A stretch of 64,000 nt of DNA from Octopus vulgaris (Eukaryota), in the NCBI GenBank assembly GCA_951406725.2, contig OX597814.1:72788001-72852000 (forward strand), written 5' to 3'. Both the position numbers and the translations under genes were made by a program. The notes beneath the pieces were generated by a model. That model was not told the origin of the DNA. It worked only from the letters and a program-made list of their open reading frames with translations, and searched no databases. Below, in pieces: positions 1 through 12,357 of the stretch; position 1 is the stretch's first letter; each line of letters begins with the position of its first letter.

Positions 1-26
1 CTTGCGTGTGTATGGAGTAGAGAAAA

Positions 27-620
27 TCAGGTGTAGTGTTGGTGAATCTCAGGAAGCAAGGAAGTTTTGAAGGATGCAGTGCTCCGACAACTAACAACTG
101 ATACCGGCAGTTTGTTCCATGCTTCAGCAACTCTTAGCGTGAAAAAATATATCCGAAAGTCATGGCAGCTGTGCTGTTTTCTGACTTTGTAAACATGTCC
201 ACGGGTGTTAGACAGATGGAGTTTGAAAAGGTGCTCAGAGTTATTGTTTGTAAGATGGTTTATAATTTTATGGGTGTCTGCTAAGTCAGCTGCCAGACGT
301 CGGAGTTTCAATGTATCCATGCCCAGGGAAGTAAGGTGTTCAGAATATGGCAAATGCCTGGTGGAGGGTATTCTCTTGTTGCACCTCGCTGAACGGCTTC
401 CAGACGATTAATATCCTGGGCAAGATAGGGGTTCTAGACCGGTGATGCAAATTTCAGGGGAGGTCGCACCATAGCTATATAAAGCCGCAGATAGATAGCC
501 GGAGAGCGGCTCACAAAGGACTTGGTGAGTGATGCCAAGACACCCTCAGCCTTCTTGGCAATTTTAGCAATGTGTTTTGTCCAACGCAAATCGCTGTCAA
601 CAATAATGCCCAGGTCATGT
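27..620 (-). mobile_element. CR1/L2-clade LINE, 3' part of ORF2 (5'-truncated, decayed)
   Basis: The minus-strand translation gives [33 protein letters not shown]...DL...KI and TRGH..K......R..FF..RV...WNKLP, the typical CR1/L2 post-RT C-terminus, with stops and frameshifts. Confidence 0.85.
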
Positions 621-641
621 TACACCACACACACACATATA

Positions 642-644
<3 letters not shown>

Positions 645-722
<78 letters not shown>
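645..722. repeat. (TA)n microsatellite
   Basis: Direct reading. Confidence 0.97.
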
Positions 723-728
<6 letters not shown>

Positions 729-729
<1 letters not shown>

Positions 730-1018
730 CATGCTGATGGCACGTAAAAAAATATTCGAGCGAGGTGGTTGCCAGTATCGCTGGACTGGCTCCTGTGCAG
801 GTGACATATAAAAAACACCATTTGAGCATGCCCGTTGTTAGTACGGCCTTACTGGCCCTCTACACTCTCGGGGTGGTTGGCATTAGGAAGGCCATCTACC
901 TGTAGAAATTCTGCCAGGTCAGACTGGAGCCTGGTGCAGCCATCTGGTTTGCCAGTCCTCCGACGAATCGTCCAACCCACGCCACCATGGAAAGCGGACG
1001 TTAAACGATGATGATGAT

Positions 1019-1020
<2 letters not shown>
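729..1020 (+). mobile_element. Retroposon with RTE-like 3' tail
   Basis: Shares TACACTCTCGG.GTGGTTGGC.TTAGGAAG and the end CATGGAAAGCGGACGTTAAACGATGATGATG with the copy at 6790-7455. Confidence 0.75.
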
Positions 1021-1057
<37 letters not shown>

Positions 1058-1139
1058 ACATAAATAATATATATAAATATATGCATATATACATACATAT
1101 ATGTACATACCTACATCTATATGTATATATACATGCATA

Positions 1140-1800
1140 TATGGGTACATGACATCAAAAAAACGTTGTACACAATGAGAAACGAAAACATAAAAACAAA
1201 ACATGGAAACGAACTTTTTTTTCAAACAACGAAAAAACAGTACAAGACATACAACACAAGGAATATTCCCCTTCTTCAGTTGTCCCTGTTTCGTCTACTC
1301 CGCGTTTCGAAGGTAAGGACAAGACGCGACTTCGTTGAAACAGACCTTCCCGCAAAGCAAATTAAATAAAATTTGGGATTTTTTGCGGAGGAGAAAAAGT
1401 GGTAACAAGAACAGGACAGTAAAAACAAAAAAAGATAGTAAAAACAATATAAATAAAAACAGTAAAAAACAGGACAAGGAGAATAACACAGTAAAAACAA
1501 ACGATGAGGGTTGTTAAGTCAAGACGATGGAAAAATTATTTTGAACGCATTGAGGAGACAGCTTATGAGGAGGACAGGATAAGCCGTTTTGTCTCAGTGA
1601 AGATAGTAGTCGGAAAGATGGCTTCCCTCTGGTCATGTGTCAGTGACGAGAGGGAAGAGGAGTAAGAGAGAGGGAACGGTGAAGGGGAGAGGAGAATACA
1701 GTTGAGTCGTGTAAGAGACCATAAGTCAAGGAGAAGATGCACTCACATAACTGTTAGTAGGGTGGATATATTGTCTGAATTTTATACTGTTAATTATCCA
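1140..1800 (-). mobile_element. Probable Penelope-associated terminal repeat remnant
   Basis: Minus strand carries partial hammerhead-like words (TTCGAAACGCG, CTGAAGAAGGGGA); lies next to TA repeats; no ORF. Family assignment is inferential. Confidence 0.3.
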
Positions 1801-2427
1801 TCTCCAAATGGAGAGCAGTTGCCATTTCCCTTTCCATGTTGGCTAACTCTGACAAGCATATATTATATTACCGTTTGTTGCCTAACACTCCTTTATATAA
1901 TTTCATGCGAAACCAATTGGTAAGACCAGCCGTGATGGATAAATAACACTATAAAATTCAGACAATATATATGTATATATACATACATACGTGTATATAT
2001 ATATGTTAAAAGTTATAAAGGCCTTCAGCCATTTGAGCCTGACCAGTCGCTTATAATGCTAAGCACTTTACAAGTGCGAAACTGATGGTCACTCTATGAC
2101 CGGCCATAACTTTTAACTTCTTGAAAAATGCATTACTGCTCTAATGTCTTAGAGTGTGCTTCGTTTTCGGATATATGATTCACAAACGAATTATGTTTGT
2201 GCGTGTGTGTGCGTGCGCGCGCGCGTTGTGTGTGTGTGTATATATATATATATACAGGCGCGCGTGTGTGTCTGTATATGTATATATATATGTGCGTGTA
2301 TGAGCTGTGTTTTGAGTTGTTTATATCCTATACACATTTCTATTAGTATGTGTTTAAGCGGCTACCGTCTGTATGCGTATTGCCGGTAGCCATACCTCTG
2401 TGTAATTGTTATCGTTTTCGCACCATA

Positions 2428-2476
2428 GTCGTCGTCGTCGTTGTTGTCGTTGTTGTTGTTGTTCTTCTTCTTCTTC

Positions 2477-2507
<31 letters not shown>

Positions 2508-2560
2508 CTTCTTCTTCTTCTTCTTCTTCTTCTTCTCTCTCTCTCTCTCTCTCTCTCTCT
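2428..2560. repeat. Compound microsatellite (GTC)(GTT)(TTC)n(TC)n
   Basis: Direct reading. Confidence 0.95.
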
Positions 2561-3615
2561 GTTCCCCCTCTCTCTCTGTACTCGGATAATATAAATGCAT
2601 GCGTGTATGTATACACACACATGTGTTCGTGTGTGTCTGTAAAAAGACAGGATGGTCATGGCTGGAACGCTACTCGAACCACAACCAATATACACTGCAG
2701 CATGCCATTCCACATCATATCACATTTCGCCAGCTCATCGATCCACTCCTAAACAATACGTCACGGCAGTACAATACCAACCCATGTGCGTTAGGTAATG
2801 TGTATGATGTCCTGCTCAAAGACAGGATGGTCGCGACTGGAAGACCTTCTATCAGAAGTATACTCAATCAGAGATACACAGGGCTTAAACATAAACAGCA
2901 ACAGCCACAATACTATGAACAAACAAGGAAGCTTGTATGCAGTCGCTCAACCTGCAAGAAACAGCAACCAAATCTTCCTCAACTCACGTCTTACAGTATT
3001 TAAAAAAAAGCTGATAATTTACTCTAAGTTACAATGCATCAAAATAAAAGACGAGATGGTCAAGGCTGGAATGCCTTGTCCAAACTTCTGCTTGATCATA
3101 GTTGACCTGGGATTAAACAACCTCAACCAGTGTACTTAACATTCCAACCACTAATTAATTAACTATATTCACCTCCAATCACCACTAATTCCAACACAAG
3201 CACTATCATCATCAACTTTTGTTGCGGACTTGGATTCATTTATTCAACAACAATCAATAATATATATAAAAATGTATTCAATAACCAATAATAGATATAG
3301 AAATAGACCATAAATGTATGTGTGTGTGTGTGTGTAAGCATATATTACAGAGTGTGTGTAGGGTGATGGTGCCCATGTCTTTATTTCCTTTATTTAGTGT
3401 CATACCGAGCATTCCGCTAGATCTCAGTCTTAGCTGTCATCAGTGTGGCTTTTATAACACCCAAGTGTCAACGCTGAACTATGTTTATCTAGTCAAGGCT
3501 TAACGGCGAAATTGTTCGTAAATTATAAAGCAAATGAACTTAGCCGCCCGTGAAATAAGCACGGAAACCAGTGGATTGTGATTCGGTTCTGTTTTAACAT
3601 AACTAAACAGTATGG

Positions 3616-3725
3616 ATGGAGGGGGGAGGAGGAGGAGGAGGAGGAGGAGAAGGAAGAAGAAGAAGAAGAAGAAGAAGAAGAAGAAGAAGAAGAAGAAGAA
3701 GAAGAAGAAAAGGAAGGAGGAGGAG
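3616..3725. repeat. (GGA)n(GAA)n microsatellite
   Basis: Direct reading. Confidence 0.95.
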
Positions 3726-4339
3726 ATTACAGTTGTTTGAGGAGGAGGAATAAATGATAAGATGAGAATCGTGAAACGATGGTGGTGGGATGAAAGGCGA
3801 AAAAATGAAAATAAAGAACAAGCAAAGGTAGGAAGGAAAGTAAAATGTAAATGAAAAGAGAGGAGATAGGGAAGATGTAGAAGTAAAATTTGAAGAATGA
3901 CTGTGGATATAGGAAGAGAAAAGAAAAACAGCAGCAGCAACAAAAGAAGCAATGAGAGCCATAGAAGAAACGTTATAAAATACCTGCGCCCGAAAAGTTT
4001 TGTTGAGAGTTAACGGGAAATCTATAGCATTCAATAGATCTTGGTCATACTCAGATAATTTACAATGTTCTAAATTTTCTTCCTTTTTGTGAGTGTTTAA
4101 TGGTATTACTGGAATGTGATAACAAAAGAGATGAGAAAAGATTATAAATATTTCCATTATCAACAGTGACTTTTGAAGATGGTACTTCACGTATCGGAAT
4201 AGCAATTTATAGATCGTGGGTTCAGATGAGCTACAGGTGTTTTATAATGTTTTTGGTATTTATTTCTTCATTGTTTCACCATAGCTAGCTGTTAGAGAAT
4301 ATGTAGCAGGTTTTTTTGATGTGAGAAAGATAATATCTC

Positions 4340-4493
4340 GGATCTTTACTTTTTGACCGACAGAGAAAAACTTATATTTCTCAAAAATGCTAAGAGTAAA
4401 AGATGCTTTATATGACACATTCTACCAGTGTCCGAAGTTTGAAAGTGTTTAGTAAATTTTTTTTTAAATATGTCGGTCAAAAGGTAAAGATCC
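4340..4493. mobile_element. Short MITE with GGATC termini (Merlin-like), internally deleted copy
   Basis: TIRs GGATCTTTACTTTTTGACCGACA / TGTCGGTCAAAAGGTAAAGATCC; 8-bp TSD AATATCTC at 4332-4339 and 4494-4501. GG termini with an 8-bp TSD fit Merlin. Confidence 0.8.
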
Positions 4494-6365
4494 AATATCT
4501 CTTAACTGTTTGATGCGGCAAAAATCATTGCCATTCGTCAAAGCTGTTATCATCGTTATGCGTCGCTATGCTGCCGATAAAAAAATTTGTTAATCATGAA
4601 CGTACCTTCATAAGTTCAAAGTGGAAGTATTTTTTAAAGTCCTTGTTGTCTTGTCTATATGTTGAAACACACATGCACACACGCACGCACACACACACAC
4701 ACACACGCACACGCACACACACACACACACACACACACGCATGCACAGCACACACACACACATACACAACCAAAAAATTAATAACTATGTTTTTGAAGTC
4801 TGTGTGGACAGATGTGCACTTAAAATTCCTGTGTTTTTAATCAAAATTTATTTGTTACTAAGGTGACAACACCACCTATTTATCTTCCCCTTCTTCCCTC
4901 TCTCTACACAGAGGTTGTTACGGACAAACAGACAGAGGTTAGATCTCTTTTATAAGATTTGTGTACTGTGCTAAATTGAGAGAGGAAAAACTCATCACGC
5001 CACCTTTGATGGAATATCACACAATCGTAATTACTATTCGTTTCTTACTTTGGAACATGGCAAGTTTTAGCCATTGCTTCATTACTGATAAATAGCTGCT
5101 ATTCTTGCACTTTAACACTCCTTCTTGTCTTTGGAATGTCTTTCGTGGAGTTCATTTTGTTGCAAGTGCTTGAACAAGATTGCCAATCTGAGGAAAATTC
5201 CTACCTTCCTTTTACCAGGTACAGAAGCCTTGGAAAGGGTCATACACATTGCCTTTCTTCCTCTGAGCAAGCTATTAAAAGAAATGATTAGTGCCTGTAA
5301 TAAGCTAGGACTAAACAAATAAATGAAAGGTTCTTTATACCTGTTGATATAAACTAATAAAGATTCTGTACATCATAACAGAACCATACCTTTGGTCTAG
5401 ACCGTAAAATTGAATTGACACCAGAACAATCATGACATCTAATCTGAACAGATGAAAGATAAAATTGATTCCAACAGGATTCAAATTCAGAATTCAGATA
5501 GATGAAAATAAATACTGAAAAATAATTAGTCCGTCGCACAAGGTCTACGATGGCCTTTCAGGACAATAACATCTCTAACATAGCTAAACAGTGTATTTCA
5601 TGGCTTGCGCTTCTTTTTAGAGCAAGAAATTAACTCAGTGCTGAAATTTTGCTTCACTTCTACAAGTGTAACCTACTTTAGAGAATTGTTTTTATACCTG
5701 GAACAGGGCAGAGAAAGTATAAAGATGCTGCAAAAATCATTGCCAATCATATAAACTGTTATTGTCATTACGCGTCGCTACACTGCCGATAAAAGTATTT
5801 GTTAATCATGAACATACCTTCATAAATTCAAAGTGGAAGTCTTTTTTTAAAGTCTGTGTTGCCTTGTTTTTATGGTGAAAGACAGACAGACAGACAGACA
5901 CACATAAGACCTTGTTCTTGTACTGAACTAGCAAACTGCATACCACTTCATGCACCCTTCTCCGCACATTCGATCACTGATGAATTCAGCGTTTTCTTTA
6001 TAACATTCTGAAAATAATTCCTCCTATGCAAGATTTTCTGTACCAAACATCCACCTACAGAAGTTCACATCATTGGTTTTACCAGGGATATATGTGAGTG
6101 AGTGTGCGGAGGTGGGAGAGAGAGAGAATTGAGGAAGACGGAGAGACAAATATATAGATAGACATAGGGAGAGATATATATGTTGGTAAAAACGAATAGT
6201 AAAAAGACTCGATATTTTAATAAAGTGTAATAGTTTACTTAGGCTGATTTTAGTAACCTTTCAGCCTGAAGATTCCCTGACATGTTGCAGTTTTTCACAC
6301 ACACACACGTGTGAGTATGCGTGCACACATACATACATACATACATACATACATACATACATACA

Positions 6366-6397
<32 letters not shown>

Positions 6398-6461
6398 GAT
6401 TAAAGCAGAAAAAAAAGGCAAATTGTTTGGCAAAACTTGACAAGGACATTCAATAATAAAG

Positions 6462-6682
6462 TGGAGGCACATGGCCTAGAGGTTAGAGCAGCGGCTCTGG
6501 CAGAAGGTAATGGCGAACTTCTACTGACTCTTTCGCCACAACTTTCTCTCAGTCTTTCCTCCTGCATTTAGCAGCTCACTTGTGATGGACTGGCGTCCCG
6601 TCCAGGTGGGGAACCTATACGCCAATGAAACCAGGAAAATGACCCTTCTGAGCTAGACATGGCTCAGGAAGGAACAAACAAT
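6462..6682 (+). mobile_element. tRNA-derived SINE (internally deleted)
   Basis: A-box-like head TGGCCTAGAGGTTAGAGC; body motif GATGGACTGGCGTCCCGTCCAGG of the kind seen in conserved SINE domains; A-rich tail. Confidence 0.6.
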
Positions 6683-6789
6683 AACATATGATAAAAGGTT
6701 TGCATTAGTATCTATTTTGTCGGGGGCTTCCATGGCGTCCATGGAGGCTACGGTTTCGGTTCTCGAAATGAGGAGGGAACCATGGCCCC

Positions 6790-7454
6790 TACCTGGGACG
6801 TAGTCAGTCCACCTGTGCATACCTTCCTGCTTGTGATACTTGTGAAGACCTGTTGAGGCAAATCAAATCAGAGTCAAATCGAATCAAGTCAAACCAAATC
6901 AAAATAGATGAACATCAATGGAATTTGTATCCTTGTGGTACCAGTGCCGGTGGCACATAAGAAAACCATCCGAACGGGACCGTAGCCAGTACCGCATCGA
7001 CTGGCCTCCGTGCTGTGGGCACGTAACAAACACCATCCGAGCGTGGCCGTCTGCCAGCCTCGTCTGGCACCTGTGTCGGTGGCACATAAAAACACCATCC
7101 GAGCGTGGCCGTCTGCCAGCCTCGTCTGGCACCTGTGTTGGTGGCACATAAAAACACTATCCGAGCGTGGCCGTCTGCCAGCCTCGTCTGGTACCTGTGT
7201 CGGTGGCACATAAAAACACCATCCGAGCATGGCCGTTCGCCAGCCTCGTCTGGCACCTGTGTCGGTGGCACATAAAATCACCCACTACACTCTCGGAGTG
7301 GTTGGCGTTAGGAAGGGCATCCAGCTGTAGAAACACTGCCAGATCTGACTGGCCTGGTGCAGCCTTCGGGCTCCCCAGACCCCAGTTGAACCGTCCAACC
7401 CATGCTAGCATGGAAAGCGGACGTTAAACGATGATGATGATGATGATGATGATG

Positions 7455-7455
<1 letters not shown>
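6790..7455 (+). mobile_element. RTE-like retroposon 3' region with internal 62-bp tandem array and (GAT)n tail
   Basis: Same tail as 729-1020; 62-bp units in the middle. Confidence 0.75.
6945..7277 (+). repeat. 62-bp GC-rich tandem repeat (about 4 near-identical units plus a divergent leading unit)
   Basis: The unit GTGGCACATAAAAACACCATCCGAGCGTGGCCGTCTGCCAGCCTCGTCTGGCACCTGTGTCG starts at 7079, 7141 and 7203. Confidence 0.92.
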
Positions 7456-7487
<32 letters not shown>

Positions 7488-7545
7488 TATATGTATATAT
7501 ATTCATATATATATGTATACACACACATATACATATATCTATCTG

Positions 7546-7595
<50 letters not shown>

Positions 7596-7599
7596 CACA

Positions 7600-7785
7600 A
7601 GGCCCGAAATTTTTGGGGAGGGGGCCAGTCGATTAGATCGATCTCAGTATGCAACTGGTACTTAAAACCCCGAAAGGATGCAAGGCAAAGTCAACCTCAG
7701 TAGAATTTGAAATCAGAACATAAAGACAGACGAAATGCCACAAAGCATTTCACCCGGCGTGCTAATGTTTCTGCCAGCTCGCCTC
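7600..7785 (-). mobile_element. tRNA-derived SINE with Meta/Sauria-like core domain
   Basis: Minus strand reads GAGCTGGCAGAAAC.TTAGCACG, then GAGGTTGACTTTGCCTTGCATCCTTTCGGGG and AAGTACCAGTTG; related copies at 43.5 kb and 56.1-56.5 kb. Confidence 0.7.
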
Positions 7786-7795
7786 ATACATACAT

Positions 7796-7902
<107 letters not shown>

Positions 7903-8109
7903 AGAGAGAGAGAGAGAGCAATAAGAAAATGGTGGTTCATCAACTTTTAGACATTATATTATGTCAACTTATTTATTTATTTACTAAAATGACAATTGCA
8001 AGAATATACATACATGCATAACATATTATGCTTTACATATAATATATTAATATATAAAGATACCAGCAATTATTAAGATACAAAATGCAGGAATATAAAT
8101 TGGGAAAAT

Positions 8110-8236
8110 AACTTAACAGCTGTTTCAGCCAAGAGGCAAAAATACCTCATTCTACCTTTATTCCTCTAGTAGACTGAAGTAATAAGTAGATGAAATTGAG
8201 GTACATGGGTGTTTCTCTAGGCTTCGTCAGAGATTT
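8110..8236 (-). ncRNA. Candidate type I hammerhead ribozyme (degenerate, long stem II)
   Basis: Minus strand: CTGACGA, stem II AGCCTAGAG..CTCTTGGCT, then GAAAC-AGCT-GT. Stem I is imperfect. Confidence 0.5.
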
Positions 8237-8580
8237 TATAAAGTACATAAGGTTGAGTTATAAATAAATATAGATATAAAATAAATAAAAAATACACACA
8301 CATTTAAATACTTATACATATACATATACATATGCATACATACATAAATATATATAAATACTTATATATACACTTAAATGTACATACATATTTACATTTA
8401 TAAGCATACACAATAATCAATTATTATTAATGATATAAAATGCATTATATTATTCATATTAGATAAAAATATAAACAGAGGTATGAGAAAGTTCTAAGAA
8501 TAGTAATTTTGCAATCTATAAAATCAATATATCTTAAAGTTATTTCCGTTATGTCAGAACGAAACTGTATACACATGAGG

Positions 8581-8629
<49 letters not shown>

Positions 8630-8635
<6 letters not shown>

Positions 8636-8876
8636 TATTAGAGAGTTATCCACTATGTGGATAACTCTAGTGCTAAAAATAGCTCCGAAGCAACCACAGA
8701 AGATCAGTTTGACTCTATACAATTGTATAGAGTCAATCTATTTTATTCGTTGTATTTCACTTTCCTTCCGTTAAATGTATGTTGATTCTAGTTGGAAACT
8801 GATCTTCTGTGGTTGCTTCGGAGCTATTTTTAGCACTAGAGTTATCCACATAGTGGATAACTCTCTAATAATTTAT
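8630..8876. repeat. Foldback element with 81-bp perfect inverted arms
   Basis: 8630-8710 is the reverse complement of 8796-8876; it contains nested palindromes and lies next to TA repeats. Confidence 0.9.
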
Positions 8877-8972
8877 GTATAAATTTGTATTTTCTCCGTA
8901 GTTTTTTGTGCTAAGCCACTTGGTGTTAAATTAATGGTATTATTAAATTAATATCGATTTTTCACCCTCATT

Positions 8973-9016
<44 letters not shown>

Positions 9017-9808
9017 CATGCACACATACACACACACACAAATATGTATATATACATATATATTTTTATACTCAAACATACTTATATGTACATACGTATT
9101 AAATGTGTTTAGAAGGGAGGATCAGTGCATTAGTTTGTATCATTATAATTATAACAATAGTACACTGAGTTATTTATATTTACATATAGAAATGCGATAT
9201 GTTTATTACTTCATTATTTTTTAATATATATAGTGAGAGAGAGAGACAGAGGCCAAAATGTACGTATGTCGCCATATGTACATAAAAAGGAATACAAAAA
9301 ATAGGACAAGAACGCAAAACATCCAGACAGCTAGATGTCCCTCTGCCTCTACCTCTCTCCTCTCTCTCCATGTGACTGGTGTTTGGCCAAGCCTGACCTT
9401 TCTTTCTTGGTTCGACTACCAGACTACCATCCGTGCAACATCTATATTCCATGACTGTCATCTCTTATGTCCCTTCCATAAGGCTTCACTTCCGCTCACG
9501 CCAGCTTAATTTAATCTGTCCTTAGTCGAAAGATACCTGTTGTTAATGTCCTGTTATTTGCATTTGTATTTGTGTACCATTTCCCCATTTTTTTCGTCCT
9601 TAGCAAGGAATCTAGCGCTCTTAGCTTAATTTTTCCTTGGGGCTGGCCAGATTGGAGCAATCTCAAGTATAACCAGCCAAAATTGCAAAGATAATCTGGA
9701 ACTCGACTAAGGAAAGAAAACTTCGAATGATCTGTCCGTGTTTTTTCTTGTCCCTTTTTTGTATCATCTGTCTGGATGTTTTGTTGTCCCTTTTTGTATC
9801 ATCTAGCT

Positions 9809-12190
9809 CAGTGGTCCTTGGGGCCCACTGGTGGTCCCCAGAGGATTTCTAGTGGTCCCCACAGAATTTGTAGCCATAAAAAAATTGAAGCTATTTCAGA
9901 TCTTCACAATATTGTTCGATAATAAAGACACTTTTAGTTAATAAAAATTTATACGAAGATAGAATAATAATAAGAAAACAAAATTCAATAATTATTCCAT
10001 AGGAATCAATAATGTATAATATATAATCAATAATATATTACAATCAAGAATTACATGATTTAAATGTTACAATCACAACAGTTTCATAATAAATTTGATA
10101 TTTTTGATAGATCACTACATAATATTGTTTAATAATAAATTTGATACTTTTAATGTATAGAAATAATGTATTTATTACTTTTATTCTTTTAAAGATCAGT
10201 TGTAATAATGTCTGAACCAACTGCTAAAAAGACAAAACTGAGGAACTACAAAGAAGATTTTATCATGTTTGGTTTTGTATCTGTAGACTCAAAACCTATG
10301 TGTCTTGAAAGGTAGGGAATATTTTGAGAATAAAAAGAAAATACAGCTAATGAAACTACCTGACTTTATAAAGAAGATAAATACTGAAAAACCAAAGACA
10401 CTCAAACCAAGTTATTTGGTCTCTGGAATTATTGCCAAGGTTGCAGCACCTCGGATTTATGGTGAGAAACTTGTCAAGCCTGCTTATGATAGCTTGTGCA
10501 AATGAGATTCTGGGAAAAGATGTTGCATCTACTCTGAGTACAATTCCACTTTCAAATAACACAATTACAAGAAGGCAGAATGAAATGTCTAATTTTGTTG
10601 AAAAGAAGATTGTGGAAATTCTCCAAAAGAAAATTTTTTCTTTCCAGGTTGATGACAGCACAATTCATAACCAAGCTAACCTTCTTGTCTATATCATATT
10701 CATCCATGAAGATGATATAAGAGAAGAAATGTTATTCATTAAAAGTTTGTCTGAAACTACTAATGGAGAAGACATATTCAATGAAGTAATGCACTATTTT
10801 AATGAAAAAAATATTCCATTGATTAATTTGATTAACATTGCATCAGATGGAGCTGCAGCCATGACTGGAAAAGTGAAAGGCTTTGTTTCTAGTATGAAAT
10901 CAGTTGCTCCTCACATTTTTTATATACATTGCATTATCCACAAACAGCATTTGGTTGCTAAGAATATTGGAGGACACATGGAAGAAGCACTCAACGCTGC
11001 CATACATGCAATTAACTTTGTCAAATCAAACTCAATGAATAATAGATTTTTTTATACAATTCTGCGAAGATGAAGATTTTAAAATCCTATTGCTTCACAC
11101 AAAAGTAAGATGGTTGTCAAAAGACTGAGCCTTGAAAGATTAGTGAATTTGTGGGAATCATTAATCAACTTTCTCATGTTCAAGAGCCAGATGACTCCAA
11201 GAAGCAAGCTGATACAACTAAGAAAATTTTGGAAAGACTTTCTGAGTTTAAATCAAAAATATTCTACTTGAGTGATATTTTTAAAACAGTGAATCTGCTT
11301 AACTTAGAGCTGCAAGGTAGAAAACCAGATTTCTGGCTCTCAGAAGATAAAAGGGTATATGGGGAAATTAAAATTTTAGAAAAAACAATTTGAAAAAAAA
11401 AAATTGGCATCATTTCAAAATTTTAACACCACTCTTTCTGCATCAGAATGCATTGCCCATCTTGAAGGTCTTCATGTAGATTTTGAGAGAAGATACAATG
11501 ATTTATTAAAGATGGATTATCCACTCCGGTTTGTAAACCTAGAAAATTATGAGCCAGGAGATGACAATTTTGAGTTGACTGAAATGTTGTTGGATTTGAA
11601 AGAGAATATGAAACTGAGAAGAGTTGAAAAAGATGGTGTCTTTGCCTACATATCGATAAAGGAATCACACCCAAATATTTTTCGTGTCTTTGCCTACATA
11701 TCGATAAAAGAATCACACCCAAATATTTTTCAACATGTTGAATCAAGTATCATTTCTTTCCCTACCACATGGATGGTGGAATCTGTATTTTCAGCTGTTG
11801 TAGATATTTTCAGTAGAAAAAGAAGTAAATTAGATGTCAACATCAGAGGAACTATCAGACTAAGACTAAATGAGTTCATTAAAATTGATTATGATATCTT
11901 GTGTCAGAAACACCAATATCAAGCTAGTCACCAGCTGAATGGACTAAAAATGAATGACTTTATGAAAAATGATTTTGATATCTTGTGTTTATCTTTGTTT
12001 ACTAAAATAAATTATAAATTTTATCTTTTGTTTGTTAAAATAAATGTTAAAGTGTAAATAGACTATTTTGTCTTTTCATTATGTATTTTAGCATGAAAAT
12101 AGAACAGCATAAAGTAAAAGTAGAAGTGGTTCCTAGAACTTTTTTCAAGTAAGAAATGGTCCCTGGGCTGAAAAAGGTTGGGAACCCCTG
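9809..12190 (+). mobile_element. hAT DNA transposon, Buster/Charlie group, full-length but defective
   Basis: 8-bp TSD ATCTAGCT (9801-9808 and 12191-12198) with the central TA typical of Buster targets; termini CAGTGGT.. and ..GGTTGGGAACCCCTG. Confidence 0.92.
10208..11945 (+). pseudogene. Buster-type (SCAND3/ZBED8/GTF2IRD2-like) transposase, frameshifted
   Basis: Motifs IPLSNNTITRR, FSFQVDDST, SDGAAAM.GK..GF, HCIIH.QHL, VRWLS and FPTTW.VES.FS are spread over several frames; in-frame 48-bp duplication at about 11638-11731. Confidence 0.9.
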
Positions 12191-12240
12191 ATCTAGCTGT
12201 CTGGATGTTTTGCGTTCTTGTCCCATTTTTTGTATTCCTT

Positions 12241-12357
<117 letters not shown>

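Noticed and set aside
511-1225. ORFs with YIYIYI runs (also at 7.4-7.9 kb, 12.0-12.4 kb and 22.8-23.3 kb)
   Set aside because: These are translations of (TA)n, (CA)n and (TG)n microsatellites.
2350-4205. Poly-E/R/S/L/F ORFs
   Set aside because: They arise from (TTC)n and (GGA)n repeats and show no domain or splice evidence.
5112-5750. Host exon
   Set aside because: No consistent frame or splice sites; more likely very old LINE debris, too weak to annotate.
6945-7277. CRISPR-like array
   Set aside because: The units are contiguous near-identical repeats with no unique spacers, the context is eukaryotic, and there are no cas genes.
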